Shown here in pieces: positions 49,842 to 62,454 of a stretch of 64,000 nt of DNA. Source of the DNA: Callorhinchus milii (taxonomy: Eukaryota); the NCBI RefSeq assembly GCF_018977255.1, contig NW_024704743.1:78246001-78310000 (forward strand). The letters run 5' to 3'. The notes under the pieces are model-generated. The model ran no database searches. It was given only the letters and a program-made list of their open reading frames with translations, and was not told the DNA's origin. The position numbers and the translations under genes are program-made. How positions within the stretch are numbered: position 1 is the stretch's first letter; every line of letters begins with the position of its first letter.

Positions 49842-51608
49842 CTATATGGATGAGGGAAAGAAAAAAAGCAACTTTTTAAGGCTTTTTTCCCCACATGTTG
49901 CTATTCAGCACAAGTACATGTTGAGCATTTTTGAGAAATAATAAATAATAATCCTTGCATTAGCGCCTTATCACGTCATTGCAACATCTCAAGGTGCTTA
50001 ATAGAATGTATTGTAAAGTGAATTGACTGTGTATTTTTTGGATGAGTATGCCGGATAAAACACGGCAGCCAATTGTGCACAGCAGTATCCCACAAACAAT
50101 CATGGATTGAGTGTCCACGTATTTTTTAAGGATTGTTACTCACGGAAAGTGATCTGTTAATTGACTAACAACTGAGTTCCTACTTACTGCTGGGTAAACA
50201 GAGGCATGTAGAGTAAGGAAACTTGCCTAAGGTTTTGCCTGCCCAGGAATCGAACCCAGATCCTCTCGCTTGCAAGGCGAGTGAGCTAACCACTACGCTA
50301 TTGGACTCCACATTTGTTGTGAGCAACTACAAACCTAACCGATTAAGTGCATAACTATAGGCCTGAGCCTGTGTGTTGTCACTCGTGGTACACTTCCCCT
50401 GTACATGAAGCAAAAGTTTACATCAGGTACAGACTTTAACAACTGCACTCACTAACCTTGCAGCTATGGACACAATCTTAACCAATGTCTTGTCTGTCTC
50501 AAGGATGGCTATATGTTGCCCAGAGTAATGGGATGTAAATCTGCAATGCAGCTGCCCAAACCGTGAGCTCCTGACTTCAATCATGGCACTGGCAGAAGTT
50601 GACACATGCAGACTGGGGGGCAGTTCCCCTCAGGAAGGGAGGGAAAACTGAATGGGCAAATGGTTTTATTGAATGGTTTAATTTTATTAAGTCTGTTTTT
50701 TACATGTTGCATGGAGCTAGGATAGTGCTACCTTCCAATAGAATGTCCTTGGTTTATTTTGAATTGATGCACAAAAGGAATAGGAACCGGGCCAAAATCC
50801 AGCTCAGTCAACATGAGACAATCAGCCAGGCTGTGAATGAAGGTCCAAAGGCACATAAAATAGCAATTGTGCCAAAGGCCACACTTTAAGAATTGAGCGA
50901 TAAGTGTCCTCAGTCTGTAATCATTTGCATTATACATTTCCCTAGAAATCACTTGCAGATTATTTATTCTTACGTAACAGTGAAAACATGAAAAGCATTA
51001 AATCCTTCAGTGTAACTAGAAACTGCATCAAAAAACTTTGAAAAAATAACCAATATCAAGGAATGGTTTCAAAACACTTTAGATTATTAACCTATGCGTT
51101 CATGTCATCTGAACCTTCCAATTAGACTATTGTCTTAATAGTAATCATTCCTAGACGCTCCACGAATAATAATAATAATAATAATCCTTGCATTTGATAT
51201 ACAACAACAACAACAACAACAAGATTCCATTTATAAAGCGCTTTTCATGTCGGGAGGACATCCCAAAGCGCTTCACAGAACACACTGTAAAGTGAATTGA
51301 CTGTATATTTGTGGGCGAACGCGGCAGCCAATTGCGCACAGCAATGTCCCACAAACAGTCGTAGATTGAAAATGACCAATTTATTATTGTTTTTGGTTTT
51401 GGAGGGATTATTATTAGGCGTGTGGAGTAAGGAAACTTGCCCAAGGTTTCACCCTCTGCCTGGAATTGAACTCAGGTCTCTCACTTGCAAAGCGAGTGCT
51501 CTAACCACTGAGCTACAGGACTCCACGAATGTCTTTCATAAACAGCGTCCAGATACAAGGGGCAACAAAAGTATGCCAAGGAAGGTTAAATTGTGGGAAA
51601 ATACTCAC

Positions 51609-51663
51609 TCTGAAGGATATCAGTGCAGAGCTTCATTACATGTTCATCTGTGAGAGGCTTTGC
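51609..51663 (-). CDS. Collagen XXI-like exon (55 bp; NC2)
   Basis: attag|AKPLTDEHVMKLCTDILQ A|GTGAGT; matches the FACIT NC2 pattern (..IRQVCTDVIR in COL21A1) and restores phase between neighbouring exons. Confidence 0.88.
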
Positions 51664-51758
51664 CTAATTTGAACAGGTATGAGTTACTACACAATATTGG
51701 AATGCATTGTATAAGTGTATACAAAATACAATTGCAGTTGAATTGTAGTAACACCTAC

Positions 51759-51905
51759 AGGTTTGCCAGGAGTTCCAGGGATACCAGGTAATCCATATCG
51801 ACCTTCTTTACCGGGAGGTCCTCTTGGTCCAACAGGGCCCAATAGACCAGGAAACCCTATCTTGCCTTCAGGTCCCCTCTCACCAGGTTGTCCTAGATTT
51901 CCTTT
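51759..51905 (-). CDS. Collagen XXI-like exon (147 bp)
   Basis: catag|[54 protein letters not shown]. Confidence 0.9.
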
Positions 51906-52145
51906 CTATGTCGCAAAAAATAAAAATGTTATACATTAGGTGTGAGATACATCTCGTCAATGGAGGAGAAATATTAATGCTAAACCACTGATGCATTTAA
52001 AAGAACACGTTCACAATATAAATCAAGCGTGCTGAGTTTGGCGTGGGTGAAAATGCGTTAATTGGAGGTTTGTATCAGCTGGAGCTTATGTAGGATAGAA
52101 TTAGGGAGACCGGCAACATAAACACAAAAGTTTGCAAATACTTGC

Positions 52146-52178
52146 CTCTCCTTTGCCTCCCTTGACACCATTATCTCC
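52146..52178 (-). CDS. Collagen XXI-like exon (33 bp; followed by GC-AG intron)
   Basis: cttcag|GDNGVKGGKGE|GCAAGT; joining it to the 147-bp exon gives uninterrupted G-E-K-G. Confidence 0.85.
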
Positions 52179-52269
52179 CTGAAGAAATTTAAATACAACA
52201 GGTTACTACCAATGAACAAATTACTAAGCCATCAGCGATTTATTTATCTGTATACGAAAATATTTTTAC

Positions 52270-52314
52270 CTGTGAACCCTGTGATCCTGGTGTTCCCTGT
52301 ACACCTCTGTTACC
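52270..52314 (-). CDS. Collagen XXI-like exon (45 bp)
   Basis: ttgcag|GNRGVQGTPGSQGSQ|GTAAA. Confidence 0.9.
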
Positions 52315-52982
52315 CTGCAATAATGAACAATTAAGATATTACAATATCTGTGCCCACAGTAGCAAAGACGTCAGAAATAGAAAGCCTGTCAAATTCTCAA
52401 CTTGTCTTCAAGACTTTCAAAGGACACGGCTAGTTGAATGTAAATTTACAGCATACAGTGCTATCTATGATAATGGAGAATGAATTGATCAGAATATGTT
52501 CAATACCATTTACATTTATATAGCTCTTTTTACTTCAGGAGGATGTCTTAAAGCGTTTATTGTACTGACAGTATTGCCTAGTAATCCATGGTTAATTATC
52601 ATTCTGTGATAATAACTCACAGTGAGTACCACCATTAATGCTCTATAAAAGACATTTTCACTAATCAGTGACACAAGGTTGGAATCTCAATTTTGGATTA
52701 AGATTCAGTAATGTCTTGGGTTTCAAAGATTTGAAGATTCTGGATCTGATCCTCCAAGGAGCAGAGGACAATATTTAAAAATATCTCTCCATATACAAAT
52801 ACACAAATCTCTAAAAGTAGCTGCACAGGTAGATACAACTATAAAAAGATCAATAGGATCTTGGGCTTTATAATAATAATCCTTGCATTTGATATAGCAC
52901 TTTTCACGTCTTCTAGACGTCCCAAAGTGCTTCACAGAATATACTGTAAAGTGAATTGACTGTATATTTGTGGGCGAACATC

Positions 52983-53660
52983 CAGGGACGGAATATAAAA
53001 GTGAGGAGGTGATGTTGAATTTATATAAAGCCACGGTTAGATAGTTGGAGTACTGTGTCCAGTTCTGGTCATCACACTACAAGAAAGATATAGCAGCGAT
53101 GGAAAGAGTGCAGTGTCAGTTTACTGTGATGATACCAGTGTTGGCAGGTAACTGTTATCAGTATGGCTAGGTTAATACTTTCTTCACTAGGGAACAGGAG
53201 TTTTAATAGTGTGGATGTAATAGAGGTGTTTAAAATTATGAGAAGGTTTGATAATGTTAACATACGTAGACTAAAATAAAAACAAAAGTCGTTCGGAACA
53301 CTCAGCAGGTCAGGCAGCATCTATGGAGAGAGGAAGTGAGTTAACTTTTCAGGTCGATGTCCTTTCACCTGACAAAAGGTCATCGACTGGGGGATAGTGA
53401 GTAGGGGATCTAAAAGAGAATTTAGAACTTCTTCACCCAGAGGGTAGTGAAAATGTGGAATTCGCTACCCAAAGCGGTGGCTAAATCAAATAGTATAGAT
53501 CCATTTAAGAGGAAGCTAGACCTTCACATGAGGGAGAAGGGAATGGAAGGATTTGGGAATGAGTAAGGAGTGGGTGGAAACTCATGTGGAATATAAACAC
53601 CGGCATGGACTGGTTGGGCCAATTGGCCTGTTTCTCTGCTGTACATTCTGTGTAAAGACA
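52983..53660 (+). mobile_element. CR1 3' fragment with an inserted Penelope-like terminal fragment (~53271-53388)
   Basis: LEYCVQFWS motif (ttggagtactgtgtccagttctgg); the inserted segment ctcagcaggtcaggcagcatctatggagag matches the reverse complement of 47955-47990. Confidence 0.75.
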
Positions 53661-54126
53661 AGCTTGCATCTCTGAAGAAACGCTGGAACAAGTCCTAGAG
53701 CACTCCAATGTAACACAAGGACTGGGATTCAGCAGCTCAGTGAGAGTCCTTGGCAACTGTTGGTCTTCTACTTCTGAAATGAATTCAGTTACCCCAACAT
53801 TGATGGTTCGGCACCAGAAATAAATAGCGTCTGCTGATGGAGTGGTCTGATTAACAGGATTTTGAAAGCTCCCAACCTCCTGGCATCAAACTTTTGAGCA
53901 AAGTTAAGTAGGGATGGGAGCCAGAGTCGGAGTCAGGATGGGAGTGGGAGCCAGAGTCTGAATGATTTGTACTGTATTTAAGCACTTTTGATTAGTATTT
54001 TTTTACAGGGCCAAGGTTGCTAACATGAGGAATTAACAGCCAGTATTCTTTGTAACCCAGTTATAAAACACAGATGGCAATAATATTACTTAAAAACAAA
54101 ACAATTGGAATGGTTTTACGGATTAC

Positions 54127-54162
54127 CTGGCTACCTTTCTCCCCACGATTTCCTGGTTCACC
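54127..54162 (-). CDS. Collagen XXI-like exon (36 bp)
   Basis: ttacag|GEPGNRGEKGSQ|GTAAT. Confidence 0.88.
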
Positions 54163-54564
54163 CTGTAAAATATTATTGCATAGAATGGATTGAATTGAAT
54201 GATATTCTCAAAAGCATTAAATTTTCAGTATAAAATAATATACTTTTTACCACTAATCACTTCTTAAATTAATGGAATATCCTTTTCCACAAAAGACTGA
54301 GTAAATTTTAGAATACATAGTCTTTAACAACAACAAATTACATTAACATGGTGCCTTTAACGTCGGGCAAATAGAAAATATTATTTGACTTGAATTACAG
54401 CTTTCCAAGGAAAATTAGTACAAAATAAAATCCATGTGGATTTGATCTGTTAAAGTTTTGGGGATTGTTCAAGTTTAAACAGATGCATTATTCAGAAGCT
54501 AGAATGAAAGTTGGAACAGGATGAGAATTTCATATTTAGCACAGTCATGGACATAAATCCTTAC

Positions 54565-54636
54565 TTTATTTCCCCTTGCTCCATGAATCCCAATAGAGCC
54601 TGGCTGGCCTGGAATTCCTGGGATCCCTCTTAGGCC
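54565..54636 (-). CDS. Collagen XXI-like exon (72 bp)
   Basis: ttgcag|GLRGIPGIPGQPGSIGIHGARGNK|GTAAG. Confidence 0.9.
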
Positions 54637-54723
54637 CTGCAAATAATAAACAGTGTGAATTCACAGCAGTAACTAATCCTTGACAATTGCATTTATCATA
54701 CAAGTGCCATGTTTGTCTACAAA

Positions 54724-54754
<31 letters not shown>

Positions 54755-55074
54755 TACGTACATATAGATGTACATGACTGACCAGACAGCCTGGCATGTC
54801 GGCAGATCTTGGAGGGGCAGACCAGTTACTTGAAGCAGGATTTTTCAGTTCCTGTTAATCCTGTAATCCAAAATCCTAATGGATAGGGTGGTCCTAGCTG
54901 AATAAGCAACAGGAAGCTTGCCAGATAGTACTCTCAATGGCAAGCTAAGAAGTTTTAGCTGTTTAAACTCCAGCAATACCCCAGATACACACTCTGAGGT
55001 CCTCAAACCTTGGCTCTTGACAACATTCACCCAATATCGTCTGGAATTAAATAAAGGGTATATAATAATAATAA

Positions 55075-55920
55075 TCATAGAATCATATAGCACAAAAAGA
55101 GGCCATTCGCCCATCGAGTCTGTGCCGGCTCTTTGAAAAGAGCAATGTAATGTCAATCCCACTCCCCAGCCCTTTCCCCATAACCCTGCAAACCCGTCCT
55201 CCTCAACTACCAATCCACTACATTTTTAAAACTTGTCATCGAATCGGCCTCGACCATCCTTTCAGGCAATGCGTTCCAGATTCGAACAACTTGCTGCGCG
55301 AAAAAAATTATTTCCACCTCCCCTCTGCTTCTTTAGAAACTATTCTAAATCTGTGACCTCAAGTCACCGACACACCCACCAGTGGAAACAGTTTTTCCCT
55401 TTCTAACCTATCAAATCCCCTCATGATTTTGAAGACCTCTATTAGGACTCCTTGTAACCTTCTCTGCTCCAATGAGAATAATCTCAGCCTCTCCAGCCTT
55501 TCCTCATAATCAAGGTCCCCCATTCCTGGTACCATTCTTGTAAATCTCCTCTGCACCCTTTCCAATGTCTTAACATCCTTCCTATAGTGTGGTGCCCAGA
55601 ACTGGGCGCAGTATTCTAACTGAGGCCTAACCAGTGTTTTATATAGGTTAATCATAACCTCCTGACTCTTGTACTCTATGCCCCTATTTATAAAGCCTAG
55701 TATCCCATATGCCCTTTTTACAGCTTTATGTTCCTATCTTGCCACCTTCAAGGATTCTTTTACCTGAGCCCCCAGGTCTCTCTGTTCCTTCACCCCCTTA
55801 AGATTATATTACCAGCCTATATTGCCTCCCCTCATTCTTTCTTCCAATATGCATTACCTCGCATTTCTCCACATTGAAATTCATCTGCTATATGTCTGCC
55901 CATTTTACCATTCTGTCTAT
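55075..55920 (-). mobile_element. CR1 LINE 3' fragment
   Basis: LYKTLVRPQLEYCAQFWAPHYRKDV..LERVQRRFTRMVPG..LFSLEQRRL; ctatatgattctatga tail. Confidence 0.9.
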
Positions 55921-56514
55921 CCTCGCATTTAATATAGCGCCTTATTACGTCTTCGAGATGTCTCAAAGCGCTTCATAGAATATACTGTAAAGTGAATTCA
56001 CTGTATATTTTGTGGGCGAAACACAGTAGCCAATTGCATACAACAGTGTCCCACAAATAATCGTGGATTGAATGATCACATTTTTTTTAAGGGATTGTTA
56101 CCCCTGGAAAAATGATCCTCCAATCGACTAACAACCGGGTTCCTGCTTACTGCTAAGTAAACAGAGGTGTGTAGAGTAAGGAAACTTGCCCAATGTTTTG
56201 TTTCGTCCCATCTGGGAATCAAACCCAGGTCTTCTTATTTGTGAAGCGAGTGCTGTAACCACTAAGCTGCAGGACTGCACGTTAAATATTGTATGATAAA
56301 TCCAATTGTCAAGGGTTAGTTACTGCTGTGAAATACATCCATTCAGGGAGAGAATGTATACTCCATTGCAGACAGAAGGAAATGTCCACCTGTAGATGCA
56401 TACATATGTTGGACTCTCAGTTTGGTCAGAATACTTTTAAGTATGGTGATGGCTTTCCACGTGGGTTGGACAAATGGCTGACTAAATAAAAACTTGGGTG
56501 TTAGGGATACTCAC

Positions 56515-56568
56515 AGTTGAAGCTGGAGGTCCCGGATGTCCTTCCCTTCCTGGTGCACCATCATTCCC
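56515..56568 (-). CDS. Collagen XXI-like exon (54 bp)
   Basis: tttag|GNDGAPGREGHPGPPAST|GTGAGT. Confidence 0.88.
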
Positions 56569-56746
56569 CTAAATCATGACAATACAAAGGCACCATCATC
56601 TAAGCCTTGAGGATGCATTTCCAAGCAGACATAATCATCGATTTTTATGCAAACTATTGCAAATCAACATATGAATTATTGGACACTTTTAGGTTATGAA
56701 ATTTCAGAAAATCAAGGACAATGTATATGAAGGAATTGCATAGTAC

Positions 56747-56800
56747 CTTTTCTCCTGGCCATCCATCATTCCCAGATGGTCCCATAGGTCCCTGCTTACC
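56747..56800 (-). CDS. Collagen XXI-like exon (54 bp)
   Basis: ttgcag|GKQGPMGPSGNDGWPGEK|GTACT. Confidence 0.9.
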
Positions 56801-58209
56801 CTGCAAGGAACGAATCATAGATAATCATAAAACAGAGAAGAGCATGGACACTCAGACAAGTGTGGGTATCTGCTGGTCTGAATTGACATTGTACCATTCT
56901 GTGGCATACTGTATTGAAATATCCTCATGCCACATTGGTCCCAGTTAGTATTAATGACATGGCAGTTTTACACCGAAAGTTTTGGAGTGAATGCTTTGCA
57001 GAAATTCAAGAATAAAAACACTAGTAGTCTGAAACTGAAAATGCATGTTCTTATCAAAGAAAGGTTGTAACCCACATTTCTTACTCTGAACACGAGGAGA
57101 GATCATAACAAGTCTCAGAATGTTAAGATGTCAATAACATTACATTTTACCAAACCAAAACTAAAGTAGAATTTGAAATAATTCATCCCTGCAATTTGAA
57201 CAAAAATAAAGTAAAATGCATTGTTTGAACGTCCAAAATTTCAGCTTTGAGGCTAACTAAGTGCATAAGCATTTTATGGCTAATGTCAACACAATTTCAC
57301 TTTGTGAGTGAATGTCAAATTATAATAATCTCTGCATTTAATATACTGCCTTTTCATTCAATGAGATGTCTCAAAGAGTTTCACAAGATTTTGTTGTGAA
57401 GTGTTGAAATTGTATAATTTGTGGGTGAATATGTCAGCCAATTGCGTACACACAATCAATGTCCCACAAACAGCCATGAAGTGAATCACCAATTTTACAT
57501 GGGGGATTGTGGACAGGACCCAGGGAAAACTCCCCTTCCCCATTTAATTTCCAAATAGTGCCATGAGACATTTAAAGTCCATCTAAATAGGCAAACATGA
57601 CTTCAGTTTAATGCCTCTTCTGAAGGACGGCACCACCAACAATAAAAAGCGCACCCCCAGCTCTGCAGTTGAGTGTCAGCTTAGACTATGAACTCAAAGT
57701 CCCAATGTGTGTCTTAACCCACAATCTTCTGGCTTCTTAGTGAAAATGCTGCTGTCTGAGCCGTGCTAAAGTCCCTGCTATCAATTGAAAATGCTCAACT
57801 GATGAAGAAGCTGTTCAAATATTTTTCCTCACATGGTATATTTATACTAAAAATGAAACACATGAGCTTGGTATGACTGGAAACCTTTATTCATAAATTT
57901 TATTTGGCTGCGTGAGGAGGCAATAAATAAAAAGGTTAAAATTGGGAAACTAATGTGTTGACTGTCTGGAAGTCCATGCTACGGTCCAGTCCAGCAAGTG
58001 TCTACATTGACTACCTAACTAGACTGAAGATTACAGTTTTATATGCTAAAAAGTTTCCAAAAAATGGGCATTTTATGAGAAGAGGGGAAATGCCCGTCAA
58101 ATAAATCATGAGTACATTTATTGGGCTTGAAATCAATGCTGTTGAATTACCACTCAGACAACAGGAATAACCCTGTTGTGGCATATTCAATGCAGCACTG
58201 CCTCGCTCA

Positions 58210-59000
58210 GCAACAACAACAACAAGATTACATTTGTATAACGCCTTTCATGTCGGGAGGACGTTCCAAGGCGCTGGACAGTGTACAGCATTTAAGACCT
58301 GAGCTGGGGTCATGGAGGGAGAATGGAGGGTAGAAGGCGGATGACCGATGACATGGTCAAAAAGGAGGGTTTTGAGGCGGGACTTGAAGGAGGCTAAGGA
58401 TGGAGCGAGGCGGAGTGATTGGGGGGATGGAATTCCAGAGGTTGGGGGCAGTGTGGCTGAAGACTCTCCCGCCAATGGTGGGGCGGGTGGGTCGGGGAAT
58501 GTGGAGCAGGCCAGAGCTGGCTGAGCGAGGGAGCGGGCGGGTTGGTAGGGGTTAGGAGGTCTCAGGGATAGGGTGGGGCGAGACCATTGAGGGCTTTGTA
58601 TGTGAGGATCAGGATTTTGAACTGGATCCTCTGAAGGATAGGGAGCCAATGGAGTCGGACGAGAATGGAGGAGATGGGGTCACGGAGTTTGGTGCGGGAG
58701 AGGACATGGGCTGCAGAGTTCTGGATTATCTGCAGCCTGTGGAGGGAGGAGTTGGGAAGGCTGACCAGCAGGGCATTTGCATAGTTGAGCCTGGAGGTAA
58801 TGAAGGCATGAACAAGAGTTTCAGCGGCCTGAGGGGTGAGGTAGTGGCGAAGTCGGGCGATGTTACGGAGGTGAGGGAAGGCAGAGCGGGTCATGGCTTG
58901 GATGTGGGGAAGAAAAGACAGTTGAGGGTCGAACAAGACACTGAGATTCCTGACTGGCTTGGTGAGTTGAAGTATGCAACCATGGAGGTTGATGCACTGG
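58210..59000 (-). mobile_element. L2 3' fragment
   Basis: FDPQLSFLPHIQ..HAFITSRLNYANALL..LHWLPILQRIQFKIL; (TTG)n tail. Confidence 0.9.
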
Positions 59001-60033
59001 ACTACTATGGTGCCCCCACCTACAGATGCTGATTAGTTGTCTTCCCACACTAAAAAAAGGCAAAAACACTAAAAATCATCATCTGGTTCCTGCTGATATC
59101 ACTTTGTGCAAATTACATGTATGTGCTATACTCAAGAAACCCCACAAATGCCATTTCCAGTACATTCTGCATGTGTGCCATATGTCACTAATGTCACTTC
59201 CTGCGCGCTGCACTTAATACTAACAATCCTTGCATTTGATATAGCACCTTATCACATTGTCGAGATGTCTCAAAGCAGTTTACAGAATATACAACAACAA
59301 CTTGGATTTATATAGCGCCCTCCACGCCGGACAGCTTCTCAGAGCGCTTTACAGTTTAGGATCCCGGGACAGAGCCAGGGGAGGGGTGGGAAGGTGACCA
59401 AAGGCGCGGTCGAAAAGAAGTAGATTGTCTTTGTATTTTGTGGGTGAAATGCAGCAGCCAGAGACCTGCCAGTTACCTTCATGGCAATGCAATACTCAGA
59501 GATTTCCATCTACAAGTCATACTGGCAAAGTAGTACTGCCTCACTGAACAGGCAAAGTTATTTTCACACTGTAATGTTGTGTTCAGATAGTTGGATCCTG
59601 TCCTTAATAACCGATCCCTGTTTTGTGGAACACTATTTCTCTTCTTGTCCTTCTCATCAGCGATTATCTACTAGTCAGATTCATTATTTGCTCATCAATC
59701 TGTGGCATGATGGTGTAGGTTGTTGGTGTGCTACCATATTGTTGAATGATACAGAATTGGTTATACATTATTTCAATATATTTTTGAGAAATGCAGAATG
59801 ACGGTTTTCCCTCAAATTTTCCACATCATGGGCTTCTGCTCATGTCACCAAAGTAAGATATCAAAGAAGCTCAGATTCTCTTGCGCATTGCGAAAAAGGA
59901 GATGCCAAAGGCCTGCTTGCCAAACTGCTTATCTCCTTTTTGGTCTGGAAATAATGTGTGGTGCATGTGGATTTAAAAGCAGGACCACACAATCTTTAAC
60001 TGTAGCAAAAAATAGAAAAAAGCTATTACTCAC

Positions 60034-60087
60034 TGGTATCCCAGGTGGCCCCCTGGCCCCCTTAGGAGCCATCATTCCTGGTTTACC
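60034..60087 (-). CDS. Collagen XXI-like exon (54 bp)
   Basis: ttccag|GKPGMMAPKGARGPPGIP|GTGAGT. Confidence 0.9.
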
Positions 60088-61884
60088 CTGGAAAGAAATC
60101 ATTACATTTGCCAACAATGTAATTGTATCAGTTTTCCTTAAGAAGTTAAAACATTCACTTTTCAGTGCTTTACAGCTGTTCTATGTAATTGTCTGTATGC
60201 TGTTAATGGAATCCCATATCTTGTTAAAACCACCTATTTAAGACGATGGTGAATTATGTTATCGTGTTCTGCAGTGCCCACTTCCTTTAAGTGCATCAGA
60301 AAGTTTCCGATCCATTGCTTTTCCGAGGTGATTAGTTCATACTTTAAAAGAAAAAACTTTTCTGATTGGAAGAAAAACTAAGACTTTCAAATTTGTTTCA
60401 GCAAATTGGAGGATACATTTCAAATGATGTGTCTCTGACTTCCGTGCACATAACGGGAAAGAATGATTGTATGTGGGAGAGTTTTACATTTTTACATAGA
60501 AAGGTTTTAAAAATAGTCTTCAAACATTTGAAATGGATTGAACCAACAATATATATTACAGACTATATATCCTTATTCTTTAACAAAATATTGGTGCTTT
60601 AAGGCTTGGGATGTCCACCCGACGTGAAAAGCGCTATACAAGTGTAATTTTGTTGTTATTGAATCTAAAATATCTGTAGCAGATGATATATCTGATGTAG
60701 CTTTGATGAAAGCTTTACATAATCTGTCTGTTCTGATGTAATGAATTATAGAAATTCAAAATCATAAGGGAAGATGTTCTGACAACACTCACAGAAAGAA
60801 TAAAAATGTATTAAACCACAAGACATTCCTTCATCCAAAAAATGAGCCATAATGAAAGGACTATTTTCAAAAAGGCTGATTGAAGAAACTGATTCTCAAT
60901 TTTCAACAGTCCAGGAATTTCGAGTGTTGACTAATTTCTGGTGGAAATTATAAATTGCCAGAAACCTGTTATCTCCATGAGGTATGGCCATAAATAATAC
61001 CATAATTGTGCTGCTGGAAGTAGTCATATTACTTTCAGCTGCAAAGCAACTGGGAGCTTCTTTACTGTAAGTTGGATTTATATTTCCTGCTTCTATTTGC
61101 ATTGGCCAAGGGTTTACTTGCATATGCGTAAAACTCTGTTGCATTTAATATCATTAAAGCGATTATTACATAACCAGCTTTTCAACAACATCAGGAAATG
61201 GTCCCTGGAATGTTCTCAGGGTGATCCTTGGACCACCAAAAGAGCAGAATAAAATATTGTTTGCTGAGGGTGTTAATAGGGCAAATTATGATAAGAAGAT
61301 GGAATAACACTGAAAGGCAGAGCACTGTTAAAAGTGTTAGGCTAGAAGGCAAATCAATCAATTGTTAATCCTTGTATGAACTAGAAGTTCTTGGCTAATA
61401 ACTGGTAGATTTCGGTTGTTTCATTACCTTAAAGTAAAGCAGATCTCAGTAGGGTCAGCATGGGGAACTAAATTAGCTCTGGCCTGCCTTGCATTAGGGA
61501 GATTAAAATAAGTCAGGTTTACTGGTCCTGTTGCCTCTTTAGCACCTGTTGGTTGTACACATGTGCAGCAGTGATGAGGAGAGGTATCCTGGGCAATGAT
61601 GTCATCTACAAGCTTTGTGTCAAAGCTCGCATGTGAGCAATGGCTATTTGGTGGAGAATCGGAGGGGAACCAGAGTCCGTTCATGCACAGCCCAGCAAGA
61701 GGAGACTGGACTCAGAGCAGAGGCATTTGTGAATTGTGAGAAAATTAGAAAAGGATCCGACACACTAAATTTTAAAAAAGAAAAACAAAATCTAAAGTAA
61801 ACTATTATTTCTGTCTTCACAGATGTGAATAATCTATGGGCATCACAAATCACACACAAGGGAGTCGAAAGAAAATACATGTAC

Positions 61885-61929
61885 CTTGAGTCCTTGTATT
61901 CCTTGGATCCCAGGAAAACCTCGAAAACC
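61885..61929 (-). CDS. Collagen XXI-like exon (45 bp; most 5' exon found in window)
   Basis: tttcag|GFRGFPGIQGIQGLK|GTACA. The 13 exons found sum to 1053 nt in one continuous frame. Confidence 0.88.
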
Positions 61930-62454
61930 CTGAAAAACATGTTTTCATGACATGTTATACAGGTGACATGTAAAGGCACCAATATATTATTTGAAGTTGC
62001 AAATAATGATCAGACAAAATTCTTCCCCATTCAAAATCAAAGGGAGAGAATTTTACAACAGATTGCAACTTACCAAAGGAATTGCAGAAAAAACATTACA
62101 TCCAGGTTTAAAATATAATGTTATGTACCAATCTTGCTGTCACATTCAATCCTCTTGGTTACTTAGCTGGATGATGAACACTCCTCTATCAAAACATTAT
62201 TACACTCAAACACATTGTGTGCATAAATATGCACGATAGCAGGCACTTACAGAAATGGAATTCTGATTCAAATTTGGTTGACATTAGAGGCAAACACCTG
62301 TTACCAACCTTAATAACGATGGACTTATCTTCATGACCTTGGATTCAATCCAGCCTCAGTCAGTAATATAATAATAATATAATAAAAATTCTTGCATTTG
62401 ATATAGAGCTTTTCACGTCTTCTTGACATCTCAAAGCGCTTCATAGAATATGCC

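Noticed and set aside
61518..61550. Possible extra collagen exon (GAKEATGP)
   Set aside because: No continuous Gly-X-Y and phase incompatible with the neighbouring phase-0 exons.
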